From Candidatus Latescibacterota bacterium (lineage in GTDB: Bacteria > Latescibacterota > UBA2968 > GCA-2709665), in assembly GCA_965222075.1 (NCBI GenBank), contig OZ244937.1, positions 480,001 to 544,000 of the forward strand: 64,000 nucleotides of DNA, given 5' to 3'. The notes under the pieces are model-generated. The model was not told the origin of the DNA. It saw only the letters and a program-made list of their open reading frames with translations, and did no database searches. Position numbers and translations under genes: made by a program. This document shows positions 39,260-50,107 of this stretch, in pieces (the stretch's first letter is position 1; the number at the start of each line of letters is the position of its first letter).

Positions 39260-40066
39260 ATGGTCAGGGTTGTGATCTGTGGTATTGCCGGCCGGATGTG
39301 CGGGCGGATTGCCCACCTGGTGATGGAGGCGGACGATCTGGAGCTTACAGGAGGCGTGGAGGCGCCCGGAAATCCGGCGGTGGGGCGGGATGTGGGCGAT
39401 GTGCTCGGCGGGGGCCGTCTGGGGGTTCACGTGGTGGACGACCTGGAGGCGGTGGTGGAACGCGCCGATGTGGTGGTGGCGTTTACGGTGCCCCCGGATG
39501 GGACGGTGGAGGCCGCAAAGGTCGCCGGAGAGGCCGGGAAGGCGATGGTGGTGGGCACCACCGGAATGTCGGCCGAGCAGCTTGAGACCTTCAAACGCGC
39601 CGTTTCGGAGGTGCCATGCGTGTTTGCGCCCAGCTTCAGCGTGGGGGTGACCGTGCTGGTGAAGCTGGTGGAAGAGGCGGCAAAGATGATGGGCGATGAC
39701 TACGATGTGGAGATCGTGGAGGCGCACCACCATTTTAAAAAGGATGCGCCCAGTGGAACAGCGCTGGCGCTGGGCCGGGCGGCGGCGGCCGGCCTGGGGC
39801 GGGACTTAAACAGGGTGGGTCTGTACGGCCGGTATGGGGATGTGGGCGCACGGACCGTGCAGGAGATCGGCATCCATGCGGTTCGCGCAGGAGATCTGGC
39901 CGGGGAGCATACCGTCATGTTCGGAGGGACCGGAGAGGTGATCCAGTTTGTGCACCGGGCGCAAAGCCGGGACTCCTATGCAACGGGCGCCCTTCGGGCG
40001 GTGCGGTTTGTCGCCGGGGCCTCTGCGGGGCTTTACAGTATGCGGGATGTGCTGGGGATTGCGTAG
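39260..40066 (+). CDS. dapB: 4-hydroxy-tetrahydrodipicolinate reductase
   Basis: VGTTG, EAHHHFKKDAPSGTA, HAVRAG. Confidence 0.95.
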   Translation: MVRVVICGIAGRMCGRIAHLVMEADDLELTGGVEAPGNPAVGRDVGDVLGGGRLGVHVVDDLEAVVERADVVVAFTVPPDGTVEAAKVAGEAGKAMVVGTTGMSAEQLETFKRAVSEVPCVFAPSFSVGVTVLVKLVEEAAKMMGDDYDVEIVEAHHHFKKDAPSGTALALGRAAAAGLGRDLNRVGLYGRYGDVGARTVQEIGIHAVRAGDLAGEHTVMFGGTGEVIQFVHRAQSRDSYATGALRAVRFVAGASAGLYSMRDVLGIA

Positions 40067-40148
40067 GGGCCAGGAGCGGTCTGTGCGGACATGAGATGGC
40101 TCTATTCGAGGCGTGTTTTCGATCTGCGTTGTGAAGGGAGACATTCAG

Positions 40149-42107
40149 ATGGCTACGGAAGTTCGCAATGTGGCGCAGGCGATTGAGGGGGGGCATACCC
40201 TGGCGGTTGCAGACCAGGTGCTGATCGATCCGGAGCCGGGAACGCTGGTTTCGCGGGTAGAGGATCTGCTGGCTGCGGTTGGGGAGAACCAGGTCCCGGC
40301 GGATCAGGTCTGCCGGACGCTGATCCGGCTGGGGATGAATTTTGTCGGGCGGGATGCGGAGATTGTGGGGTACGGCGCAGATGAGGCCGAGGCGGCGCTG
40401 GACCGGGTGCTGCTGGCGATCGACGACCTGGAGGGGTCGGCCGCGTCCGCTATGGGAGAGGTGGTGGGCGCGTTCATAGCCGATATGAATTCGGTGAATT
40501 TGGGCGACAGCCTGTCCGGGCTGCTGGCCGAGAGGATCGAGCCGGATCTGGACGGCAGCAATCCGGGGCGGTCCTTCCTGGTGCTGTTGAAACAGCAGAT
40601 GCGCAGCGGCGTGTACTGGCAGATGATCGGGGAGCGGTACTGCAAGTTCGGCAACGATTTCGCCCGTGGGCTGGAGTACCTCCGGCATTACGGGTTCTGC
40701 CAGGTATCGACCAATCCGGTGCTGGCGGCCAAGGCGTTTGACGAGGACGATTCGCTGACCGGGGAACTCAAGGCCGAGATCGACAAACACGACGACTGGA
40801 AGCAGCACCCGGAGGCGCACGCAGACGAGATCGCGATGGCTGCCACGCTGATCGCCCTGTGGCCCAATCTGTCGATTTTCCGCCCCTTAGCGCTGCATAC
40901 CGGCCTGAAGGACTACATGGTGAGCTTTCAGCTCAATCCGAATATCGCCGACGATGCCGATGCGAGCATTGAGGATGCAAGCAGCGCCCACCGCCTGGCG
41001 GCCGACTTTTTGGAGGCGTACGACCGCCTGCTGGGGCTGGGCGACCGGTCGGGCAAGGTTGATCCCAATATCGTGTTTAAGGTGGCGGCCAGCCACAAGG
41101 CGGCGCGGCGGATTACCGAGGTGCTGAACGGCAGGGGGATCGGCTCGAACAATACGGTGGTTTATACGGTAGCCCAGGAGGTGCAGCTGATCCTGGATGC
41201 GTTTGAAGGAAAGGCCGAGGCGGTCCGGAGCGGTCGGCCGGTGGTGCGGACCTATGAGACGAATATGGGCGGGCGGTTTGTGAGCCACCTGCGGGAGGTA
41301 GAGGCCCAGAAGATTTTCACGGCCGCCGCTGCCAGGGCGGGCGATGAGGCGGCCGCGGAGATCTTAGACGCGCTGGCCAGCGCGCTGGGGGTGGACGAAG
41401 CTGAGAAGGTGGGCCTGGCATCCGTGGCCGAGAAGGCGGCGGCGATCTGCGCGTACACGTTCCTCAAGTCGCTGGACCATCCGGAGGTGCTGAAGGCGGC
41501 CGAGGCGGCCGGGCAGTCTGCGGAGGCCGTACAGGTGCTGGAGGAGGACCTGAAGAAGGCGGGCACGCTGGTGGCCCGGCGGGTCTACTGGGTGTTCTAC
41601 AGCCCGGAGAACCGGCCCAGGTGGATGAGCTACCTGCAGAAGGCCTACGGGTTGACCGGGGATCAGGCGCGGGAGGTCTTGACGTCGATGGATGTACTTC
41701 CGGCGTCGAAGCGGATTCCGGAGGATACCTACCACACGCTGGGCGCGTCGAATATGTGCAATACGGAGTTTCCGAACCACGCGCGTGCGGTCCAGATGAA
41801 ATCGGAGGAGGAGGGGTTCAACCTGGCGGATCACAGGGATGCGGTGCTGGACAGCTACGAGCCGGGGGTGGCGCAGCGGCTGCGGGAGCTGCCCGATTTC
41901 TGTCGGGGCTACGATCTGACGCCGGCGTTGAAGTCGTTCCTGGCCGACGATGTGGGCATTGATGTGGGGAGCTGGCCGACGCAGGGGATGGAACCCGAAG
42001 ACTGGCCGGGGTTCGGGTCGGTGCGGAAGACGAGTGCGGAGTTCCAGGCAGCCTACGATACGTTTGCGGCCAGGTGCGTGGAGATCGCCAGGGAGGTCGC
42101 GGGGTAG
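40149..42107 (+). CDS. Long transaldolase-family protein
   Basis: STNPVL, NIVFKV (Schiff-base Lys), NNTVVYTVAQ, MGGR. Confidence 0.7.
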   Translation: MATEVRNVAQAIEGGHTLAVADQVLIDPEPGTLVSRVEDLLAAVGENQVPADQVCRTLIRLGMNFVGRDAEIVGYGADEAEAALDRVLLAIDDLEGSAASAMGEVVGAFIADMNSVNLGDSLSGLLAERIEPDLDGSNPGRSFLVLLKQQMRSGVYWQMIGERYCKFGNDFARGLEYLRHYGFCQVSTNPVLAAKAFDEDDSLTGELKAEIDKHDDWKQHPEAHADEIAMAATLIALWPNLSIFRPLALHTGLKDYMVSFQLNPNIADDADASIEDASSAHRLAADFLEAYDRLLGLGDRSGKVDPNIVFKVAASHKAARRITEVLNGRGIGSNNTVVYTVAQEVQLILDAFEGKAEAVRSGRPVVRTYETNMGGRFVSHLREVEAQKIFTAAAARAGDEAAAEILDALASALGVDEAEKVGLASVAEKAAAICAYTFLKSLDHPEVLKAAEAAGQSAEAVQVLEEDLKKAGTLVARRVYWVFYSPENRPRWMSYLQKAYGLTGDQAREVLTSMDVLPASKRIPEDTYHTLGASNMCNTEFPNHARAVQMKSEEEGFNLADHRDAVLDSYEPGVAQRLRELPDFCRGYDLTPALKSFLADDVGIDVGSWPTQGMEPEDWPGFGSVRKTSAEFQAAYDTFAARCVEIAREVAG

Positions 42108-42123
42108 TACAGGGAGCGGAAGA

Positions 42124-42157
42124 GAAAGGCGCATCTGAAAGGGTGCGCCTTTTTTAT
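42124..42157. terminator. Bidirectional terminator
   Basis: AAAGGCGCATC..GGTGCGCCTTTTTT between convergent genes. Confidence 0.65.
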
Positions 42158-43605
42158 TTGCTGCCTGAGGAAAGAACCGGCACAGGGGGGCGGCGGTCCG
42201 CCCAGGGGCGGGCGGCTTCGAGCTGGGCGGCGAGGCGGAAGAGGGTGGCTTCATCGCCGAAGCCTGCGACGAAGTGGACGCCTACGGGAAGGCCGGCATC
42301 GTTCCAGAAGAGGGGGACGGACATGGCGGGCTGTCCGGTGATGTTGCAGGTGGGGGTGAAGGGGACGAAGGCGATGGCGCGGTCGAGCGGCTGAAGGGGG
42401 TTGTCCGGCGGGGCGTCGAAGGCGCCTATGGGCAGGGGCGGTTCGGCCAGGGTGGGGGTGAGCCAGAGGTCGTGGTCGAGAAAGAAGCGGGCGATCTGCC
42501 GGGACAGGTTCTGGAGGTTCTGCACGGCGAGCAGGTAGTCCGCTGCGCTGTGGCGGCGGCCCATTTCGTAAAGCGCCCAGGTGAAGGGTTCCAGCTGGTC
42601 CAGGGTGGGGGGTTGCCCGGCTGTGCGCGTGGCGCCGTCGATTTTCCAGACGACTCCGGACGACCAGAGGGTGAGGAAGCTCGGGATCAGCGCGTCGGCA
42701 TCCGCCGGGGAGGAGGCTTCGGCCACATGGTGGCCCAGGTCGGCGCACAGGGCGGCGGCGTCCTGTACGGCGCCGATGCAGTCGGGGTGCAGCGGTACGC
42801 CGTTGGATGTGGCTGTGGTGAAGGCGATGCGGAGCCGGCCGGGGTGGGCGTTGACCTCGTGGAGGAAGGGACGTTCGGGCGGGGGGGCCCAGTAGGGGTC
42901 GCCCGGGTCGGGGCCGGAGATGACATCTAAGAGGGCCGCGCTGTCCCGCACCGAACGGGTGAGCGTGTGGCTGGTGGTCAGACCACTCATCGCGTCGCCC
43001 AGGTGGGGGCCTGAGGGGGTGCGCGCCCGGGTGGGTTTGAGGCCGAAGAGGCCGCAGCAGGAGGCGGGGATGCGGATGGAGCCTCCGCCGTCGTTGGCGT
43101 GCGCGACAGGGACCAGGCCAGCGGCTACGGCAGCGGCCGAGCCCCCGCTGGAGCCGCCCGGGGTGAGGTCCGTGTTCCAGGGGTTGCGGGTAGGACCGAA
43201 GAGGCGGGGCTCGGTGGTGGGGAGGAGGCCGAATTCCGGGGTATTGGTTTTGCCCAGGACGATAAGGCCGGCGCGTTTGAACCGGGCGACGAGTTCGCTG
43301 TCCTCCCCGGGCACGGCATGGCGCAGAAAGGCCGAGCCGCTTGTCATCGGCACGCCGGCGTAAGCGGCGCCCAGGTCTTTGAGCAGGAAGGGCACCCCGG
43401 CGAACGGGCCGTCGGGGCGTCCACCGGCGGCCTCGGTACGCGCCTGGTCGTACATCGGCGTGACCACGGCGTTGAGGGCGGGATTGAGGCGTTCGATGTG
43501 CTCGATTGCCGCGTCCACAAGCTCGACGGCTTTGACCTTTTTCTGCCGTACGAGTTCGGCCTGGGCCGTGGCGTCGAGGCAGGTGAAATCGTCCGGGGTC
43601 GCCAT
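42154..43605 (-). CDS. Amidase (AS signature family)
   Basis: [26 protein letters not shown]. Confidence 0.93.
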   Translation of the reverse strand: MATPDDFTCLDATAQAELVRQKKVKAVELVDAAIEHIERLNPALNAVVTPMYDQARTEAAGGRPDGPFAGVPFLLKDLGAAYAGVPMTSGSAFLRHAVPGEDSELVARFKRAGLIVLGKTNTPEFGLLPTTEPRLFGPTRNPWNTDLTPGGSSGGSAAAVAAGLVPVAHANDGGGSIRIPASCCGLFGLKPTRARTPSGPHLGDAMSGLTTSHTLTRSVRDSAALLDVISGPDPGDPYWAPPPERPFLHEVNAHPGRLRIAFTTATSNGVPLHPDCIGAVQDAAALCADLGHHVAEASSPADADALIPSFLTLWSSGVVWKIDGATRTAGQPPTLDQLEPFTWALYEMGRRHSAADYLLAVQNLQNLSRQIARFFLDHDLWLTPTLAEPPLPIGAFDAPPDNPLQPLDRAIAFVPFTPTCNITGQPAMSVPLFWNDAGLPVGVHFVAGFGDEATLFRLAAQLEAARPWADRRPPVPVLSSGSK

Positions 43606-43609
43606 GGGG

Positions 43610-45298
43610 CTACACCTGACGTTCCTGCTGCGGGATGACCGGAAGCAGGATGTGCGACGGATACTCGCGGGAGTGATACACCGTCTGATGCGCGGTGCGC
43701 ATCTGGGCGTCTGTGCCGAACGCGTGTCCCGTGTTGAGGTTGCGGTCGAAGCGGGGGAAGTTGGAGGAGGAGACTTCCAGGCGGATGCGATGGCCCTTTC
43801 GGAAAACGTTGCCGGTGACGCCCAGGTCGATTTCGTATTCGTAGACGCTGTCCGGTTCGAGCAAGGTCGGGTCGGTGAGGCTTTCGCGGTAGCGGGCGCG
43901 GATCATGCCGTCGCAGAGGTTCATGGCGTAGCCGGTGGGAGAGATGTCCACGAGCTTGGCGGTCCAGTCGGTGTCGGGGCCGTCGGTGGCGGCGTAGAGG
44001 ACGGCTTTGATCGGTCCGGTGACTTCCAGGTCCGCGTCTAAGGGAGCGCTGGTGTAGCAGAGGACGTCGCCGCGCATTTCGACGGGACGCTGGTCGTAGG
44101 GGCCCCAGGGGACGATGTGGGGCGAACAGCAGTTGTTGCCGCCCATGGTCTGGACGGGGTACTCGGGGTCGTAGACGAAGTGGTCCGGGGGTTCGTCCGA
44201 GGCCGGCTCGGGCGACAGGGCGCCGTCGCCGAGGAGGCTGTTCGCGCTGCTGCGGGAGTGGAGGTGCCACTTCTGCCAGGCCGTGCGGGCAAGGGGCCAT
44301 TCGTGCTCGTCGCGCCACTGGTTGACGCCCATGATGAAGAGCTTGATGGGGGGTTCGTCGGTGACGCCGTTGTCGATGCCTTTGAGCCAGTGGTCGAACC
44401 AGCGGAGCTCCAGGGCTTCCAGGTCGAACATGGAATCGGCGCCGAAATCGATGTCGCCGGTGCGGGGAGAGCCGCTGAGGCGATGCGGCCAGGGGCCGAC
44501 GATGAGTTTGCTCTGCTGGGCTTCAGGCGTGCGTCCATGCTGGCGCAGGCCGTTAAAGTTGATGAAGGCGTGCTGGGCGTAGAGGTCGTACCAGCCGCCC
44601 ATGTTGAGGGCGGGCGCGGCGATTTCACCCCAGCGTTCCTCGTCGTTTATGGCGGCCCAGTATTCGTCGTAGGCGGCGTGTTGAACCCAGTCTTTCCAGA
44701 AGGGGAGGCTGCGGCCGGCCAGTTCGTCCATTTCGATGAGGGGCAAGGCCCGGAAGGCCTCGGTCCAGTTGTGGTATTCGATGCTTTGGGCGGTGCGGCC
44801 GTTGGTGCGCATGCCCCAGGTCATCAGGACGTTGAGCTGGAAGGCGCCGCCGGGGTAGACAAGGCCGCTGAAGTAGTCGCAGCAGATGACGCGGGGAGCG
44901 ATGCAGGTGAGGAATTCGCTACGGTGCGGCGCGCTCTGCCACTGGACCAGGCCGACGTAGGAGCCGCCGGACATGCCGATTTTGCCGCTGCTCCATTCCT
45001 GCCGGCCGATCCATTCCTGGGTGTCGTAGCCGTCTTCCCCTTCGCGGAAGGGATAGTAGTCGCCGTCCGAGTCCCAGCGCCCCCGGCAGTCCTGGATGAC
45101 GCAGGCATAGCCCTGGTTCGCCAGCCGCCGTCCCTTTTCGATCATGCCCTCGCTGTTGTTGTCGTACGGGGTGCGCATCAACACCGTTGGAAATTTCCCG
45201 TTTCCTCTGGGGAGGTAGAGGTCCGCAGACAGGTTGATCCTGTCGCGCATGGGGACCTTTACGTTCAGGCGCATTTCCACATCGTAAGCAGGCTGCAT
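43610..45298 (-). CDS. CocE/NonD-family hydrolase
   Basis: [35 protein letters not shown]. Confidence 0.92.
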   Translation of the reverse strand: MQPAYDVEMRLNVKVPMRDRINLSADLYLPRGNGKFPTVLMRTPYDNNSEGMIEKGRRLANQGYACVIQDCRGRWDSDGDYYPFREGEDGYDTQEWIGRQEWSSGKIGMSGGSYVGLVQWQSAPHRSEFLTCIAPRVICCDYFSGLVYPGGAFQLNVLMTWGMRTNGRTAQSIEYHNWTEAFRALPLIEMDELAGRSLPFWKDWVQHAAYDEYWAAINDEERWGEIAAPALNMGGWYDLYAQHAFINFNGLRQHGRTPEAQQSKLIVGPWPHRLSGSPRTGDIDFGADSMFDLEALELRWFDHWLKGIDNGVTDEPPIKLFIMGVNQWRDEHEWPLARTAWQKWHLHSRSSANSLLGDGALSPEPASDEPPDHFVYDPEYPVQTMGGNNCCSPHIVPWGPYDQRPVEMRGDVLCYTSAPLDADLEVTGPIKAVLYAATDGPDTDWTAKLVDISPTGYAMNLCDGMIRARYRESLTDPTLLEPDSVYEYEIDLGVTGNVFRKGHRIRLEVSSSNFPRFDRNLNTGHAFGTDAQMRTAHQTVYHSREYPSHILLPVIPQQERQV

Positions 45299-45434
45299 GG
45301 GAACTCCTTTCCAGCTGTTGTGAGGATAGGACTTGACATCGGCTTGTGGGAATTGCAAATTGGCCCTTCCCCTGGTCCCTCACCCAACCGGAGAGGGGAG
45401 AGCGGGGGGTCAGGTTAAATAAGGAGACAAGATC

Positions 45435-46187
45435 ATGGCAGAGAAACAGGCTCCGGTGGGTTATGATGACACGCCGATGCTGCCCGGTTCGAAGTGGCGG
45501 GTGCACGACGCGGAGCGGCCCCAGCCGCAGGTTGTTACTCCCGGTACATTCGGTTCGCAGGATATGCCGGGCCGGCCGCCGTCGGACGCAATTGTGCTCT
45601 TCGATGGCAGCGACGTGTCCGGGTGGGTCGGGCGCGACGGCGGACAGGTCCGGTGGAAGGTCGAGAACGGCTATATGGAAGTCACACGAACCGGCAATAT
45701 CCAGACCCGAGCGCATTTTGGAGACTGCCAGCTTCATATCGAGTGGGCCGCGCCTGCAAAGGTGAAGGGAGACAGCCAGGGGCGGGGCAACAGCGGGGTA
45801 TTTCTCATAGGCAAGTACGAGATCCAGGTGCTGGACGGGTATGAGAATCCGACGTATGCGGATGGCATCACCGCGGCGATTTACGGAACGTACCCGCCGC
45901 TGGTCAACGCCTGCCGCAGGCCCGGCGAGTGGCAGACCTACGATATTGTTTTCGTGGCCCCGCGCTTTGAGGAAGACCGGCTCGCCAGCCCCGCCTTGAT
46001 CACGGTTATCCACAACGGGGTGCTGGTCCATCACTGCCGGGAAGCCCTGGGGCCTACAGGGCACAAGCGCCTGCCGTCGTACGATGAGCCGCACGGCCCC
46101 AAAGGACCGCTTATGCTCCAGGATCACGGGGATGCTGTTCGCTATCGCAATATCTGGATCCGCCCGATCAGAGACTACGATGGATGA
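45435..46187 (+). CDS. DUF1080 / 3-keto-disaccharide hydrolase
   Basis: GNSGVF, YEIQVLD, WQTYDI, LQDHG..VRYRNIWIR. Confidence 0.9.
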   Translation: MAEKQAPVGYDDTPMLPGSKWRVHDAERPQPQVVTPGTFGSQDMPGRPPSDAIVLFDGSDVSGWVGRDGGQVRWKVENGYMEVTRTGNIQTRAHFGDCQLHIEWAAPAKVKGDSQGRGNSGVFLIGKYEIQVLDGYENPTYADGITAAIYGTYPPLVNACRRPGEWQTYDIVFVAPRFEEDRLASPALITVIHNGVLVHHCREALGPTGHKRLPSYDEPHGPKGPLMLQDHGDAVRYRNIWIRPIRDYDG

Positions 46188-46243
46188 GCAAGCCCTTTCA
46201 AGCGGCCGTGCGCATCGGCCCCGTCGGCCTGAACGGTCCAGAT

Positions 46244-46702
46244 TCAGCTCCCGGCGAGTTTCTTTTTGTAGGCGGCAAGGCGCTCCCGAATGCCCTCGTC
46301 TGTGAGGGCGAGGATCTGGGCGGCGAGGACGGCGGCGTTGCGCGCATTGTCGATGCCGACGCAGGCGACGGGCACACCGGGGGGCATCTGGACGATGGCG
46401 TAGAGGGCGTCTAAGCCGTTGAGGGCGCCGGAGGCGATGGGGACGCCGAGGATGGGGAGGGTGGTGTGGGCGGCAAGCACGCCGGGGAGGGCGGCAGCCA
46501 GACCCGCGCCGGCGATGATGGTTTTGAGGCCGCGGTCGGCGGCCGTGCGGGCGTATTCGGCCGTGCGGTGGGGATTCCGGTGGGCCGAGGAGACGGTCAT
46601 TTCGTAGGGGATGCCGAGTTCGTCTAAGATAGCAGCGGCCTTCTGCATGGTAGGCTCGTCCGATTTGCTGCCCATCACGATTCCAACGATGGGGTTGGCC
46701 AC
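46244..46702 (-). CDS. purE: N5-CAIR mutase
   Basis: [33 protein letters not shown]. Confidence 0.95.
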   Translation of the reverse strand: MANPIVGIVMGSKSDEPTMQKAAAILDELGIPYEMTVSSAHRNPHRTAEYARTAADRGLKTIIAGAGLAAALPGVLAAHTTLPILGVPIASGALNGLDALYAIVQMPPGVPVACVGIDNARNAAVLAAQILALTDEGIRERLAAYKKKLAGS

Positions 46703-46756
46703 GGTGTTCCTCCATATCAAAAAATGGACGATTTGGACGGTTTCGGAATTCTCGCA

Positions 46757-48831
46757 TTAGCTCTTACGCATAAACATGTCGCACGCTTTCCGAATCGCGG
46801 CGGCCGGACCAATGAAGTAGACCTGATCCTCCTCCTCGATGATCGTGTCGCCCCGCGGTACCACGAACTGGTTGTCTCGGATTATCGCTGCGATCACACA
46901 CTCCTTTGGTACTTCGAGGTCACGGATGGGGCGTCCACTTACGTGGGACTGCTCGGGTACCATTACATCCAGAACACTGGCGGCTCCGATACCAAACTCG
47001 AAAAGCTGTGCCAGACCGGGCCTGTCGAGGAGACTCTCGACCATGGCCGCCGTGGCCCAGGGTGCGCTGATTGCCACTACGCCGTTTTGCTCGAGCAGCT
47101 GCGTATACTCGGGGTCCTGGACGACGGCGATCACCTGGTCCAGCCCCAGTTGTCTCGCCTGGAGGGCGGCGATCACGTTCCGGCCATCATCCTCGGATGC
47201 GGCAATCACGACATCGATGTTCTCGATGCCTACCTGCTCGAGCAGCTCCTTCTTCGTTCCGTCTCCCTGGAAGATGGGCGTATTGAAGCGTCGCTCAAGC
47301 TCATCGCACAGCGCCTCGTCTTCCTCGATGAAGGTGATCTGATGCTCGGCCGAACGGAACATCACCCGGACCTCATCTTTTGCCAACAGCCGGTTTGCGA
47401 TGTTCTGTCCCTGTCTCTTCCCGCTTATGATCAACACGCGCATATGCGTCCTCCTCAATCTCGCGATCAGTAGCCTGGTTCTCTCTGCGAGCGCCGCCGG
47501 GATTTCCATAACTTCAGCGCGGTTCTCGGCTTTCGTCAGGTATATGGCGATCCCAACCAGTGTGAGTATCCCCCCAAGAACAAAGCTCCTCGCTTCCAGG
47601 GCAGGCACGAATGCCCACGTTGTTATGACTCCCAGGATGGGCACCAGGGGATAGAACCACGTCCGGAACGGACGTCTCAGATTGGGCATCCTCTGGTGCA
47701 GTGGGATCACGGCGTAGTTGATGATCCCCAGTCCCATCAGGTAGCCGAAATCACTCACCGATGCCACGAATTTCACAATCCCGGATGAGCTGAAGATGAT
47801 CACGATCGCCGCACAGGCAACAAGGGCGATGTCCGGCGTCTGATACCTGGGGTGCAATCGGGCGAAGAATTGAGGGAAATGTCGATCCCGACCCAGCGCG
47901 AACAGGATTCGAGCGCTGGCGCCCAGGGTCACGCTTAATGCGGAAAGGCTTGCCATGATGGTCGCGGTGATCGCGGCCCAGCGTCCCCAGCCGCCGAAAA
48001 GTCGGTCCGCAAAGAAGATGAATGGCACATCGCTTTGGGCCAGGTCTTTGTAGTTGATGACGCTCATCATCACCCCGACGACCAGGATGTAGATCGCCGT
48101 GCTGACCCCAAGGGTGATCAGTATCGATCGCGGAATGTTCTTGTGCGGCTCGATGATCTCTTCAGAGGCATTCGAGATGAGCTCGAATCCGACGTAGGAG
48201 ATGTAGATCAGCGCCATGGCCGGAACGAAGGGCCCCCATCCCATAGGCGCGAGGGGCTCCAGGTTCATCGGCTCGATATCGGTCATACCCAGCACCGGAA
48301 CGGCGATGAGCACCGCCAGTTCCACCAGGTTCATGACGGTAATGACGATGAGCGCTTCCCTCATGCCCAGGTAGTTGACGGCGGTGAACACCACCGTGGT
48401 GATGAGGGTAATAAGGGCGATGTTCGCGTCGGCCAGGAAGTACGTGCGGATCGTCAGGGCGAAGATGAGCGCGTACATCGCACAGGCGAGCGTGTTGCCG
48501 ATCCAGAAGAACCAGCCGGCAAAAAAAGCCACGGGCCGGCTCATCGTTCTGCTGGTAAAGGAATAGCCGCCGCCGGCCAGCGGAATAGCCGCGCCGAGTT
48601 CGCTGTAGTTCAGGGCGGTGAATACGGTCATGATGCCCATCACCAGATAGACGAGGATACCGAGCGGACCGACCATATGGGCCAGCTCGCCTGGCAGGGC
48701 AAAAACCCCCGGTCCCATTGTGGCGCCGATGCCGATCATCACCGCCATGAACAGGCCGATATTTCGCCTGAAGCTCACTTGCTCTGGCAAGATTGCATGC
48801 TCGCGGATTGTGGGAACTGGGTGGTGGCCAT
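46757..48831 (-). CDS. APC amino-acid permease fused to TrkA-N/TrkA-C
   Basis: GATMGPGVF, GGGYSF, YVGFE, then an RCK domain (GDGT, PRGDT). Start uncertain; a 1-bp indel just after ATG 48831 is likely. Confidence 0.85.
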
Positions 48832-48961
48832 CCCGCCGATGCCTACAAAGTAGAGGCAAGCCTGGTTTGCTCGAAATCGCTGTGAGGGCATTTTCCCCGT
48901 GCTGAAAGGTCGCTTCCCAGGTCGAGCGAGATTGGGTGCGGCGGCCAACTTTGGAGAAGAT

Positions 48962-50056
48962 TCATTGCTGCAGGCGGCGGATGCGCGCAGGCAGGTCGTC
49001 GTGCCGGGTCTCAACAGAGATGATCCTCAAGCTGCGGTCCTCCACCGGCAGGTCCACCCTGGTCCCGCCTTTTCGATGCGATTCCCGTAGTGCGATGGCG
49101 ACTTCCAGGGCGGCCAGGCCGTCTTCGCCCGCACACCGGGGCTTTCGGCCGGTCTCAATGGCGGCGGTGATATCCTCCAGGATGGTCAGGCCCGTGCCCT
49201 GCATTCTGGCGGGCAGGGGGAAGGGGTATCTGGCAGGCAGGCCACGACGGCCGCCGGGTTCTAAGCGAAACCACTCGAAGTCCAGGGCATTGGACAGGGA
49301 GCGGATGCGGCCCTTTTCGCCGATGACGTCGAATTCCCAGGAAGCGATGCCGCAGCCCATGGCCCGCAGGTAGCCGATGACGCCGTTGTCGAACGACAGG
49401 TAGCCGTTTCCGGCCAGGTCGTCTTCGCCGCTGGCGGCCTCGTCCGATTCCATCTCGCCGAAGACCCATTCGACCTCGCCCCCGGCCAGGTAGCGCAGGG
49501 TGTCGATGGCGTGGCTGCCGTTGTGGGAGAGGCTGCAGGGGGCGTAGGCCGTGACCTGGAGCAGATCGCCGAGTTCACCTGCTTCGATCAGCCGCCTCGC
49601 CCCGTCGAAGAAGGGGTTCCAGCGCCGTGCGCAGTTGACGGCCAGGACCACCCCTTGCTCACGGCAGACGCGGACCATGGCGTCGGCCTCTTTCAGGCTG
49701 AAGGCGATCGGCTTTTCCGCCCAGATCGCTTTGACACCGGCGCGGGCGGCGTCCTGTACGAGCTGCGCGCGCAGCCTGGCGGTGGTGCAGACGCTGACGA
49801 TGTCTAAGCGCTCCTTTTCCAGCATTTCCCGGTAGTCACCATAGAGGTGGTCCCCGTCCAGGTTCCAGCGGTCGCCGAAGATGGCGCGCTGTTCATCGTG
49901 GATGTCGGCGCCGGATACAAGTTCGATATTCGGGGCGGCGTGATAACTGGGCGCGTGGCAGTAGGGCAGGAAGACAGACCCTCCCTGCGCGATCTCGTCG
50001 TCGAAGGTGCTGCCCATACGGCCCAGGCCGATAACGCCGGCGCGGTAATGGGGCAT
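48962..50056 (-). CDS. Gfo/Idh/MocA oxidoreductase
   Basis: GLGRMG, AEKP, SHAIDT. Confidence 0.88.
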   Translation of the reverse strand: MPHYRAGVIGLGRMGSTFDDEIAQGGSVFLPYCHAPSYHAAPNIELVSGADIHDEQRAIFGDRWNLDGDHLYGDYREMLEKERLDIVSVCTTARLRAQLVQDAARAGVKAIWAEKPIAFSLKEADAMVRVCREQGVVLAVNCARRWNPFFDGARRLIEAGELGDLLQVTAYAPCSLSHNGSHAIDTLRYLAGGEVEWVFGEMESDEAASGEDDLAGNGYLSFDNGVIGYLRAMGCGIASWEFDVIGEKGRIRSLSNALDFEWFRLEPGGRRGLPARYPFPLPARMQGTGLTILEDITAAIETGRKPRCAGEDGLAALEVAIALRESHRKGGTRVDLPVEDRSLRIISVETRHDDLPARIRRLQQ

Positions 50057-50107
50057 GGTGTTTCTCCTTACGATGGAAGGGCGAGTGGGCACACGCATGC
50101 GTCGTCC

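Noticed and set aside
44919-46757. Long alternative-frame ORFs (e.g. 612 aa here, 128-1210, 28574-29779, 58224-59504)
   Set aside because: They are shadow ORFs of high-GC genes with recognisable products in other frames.
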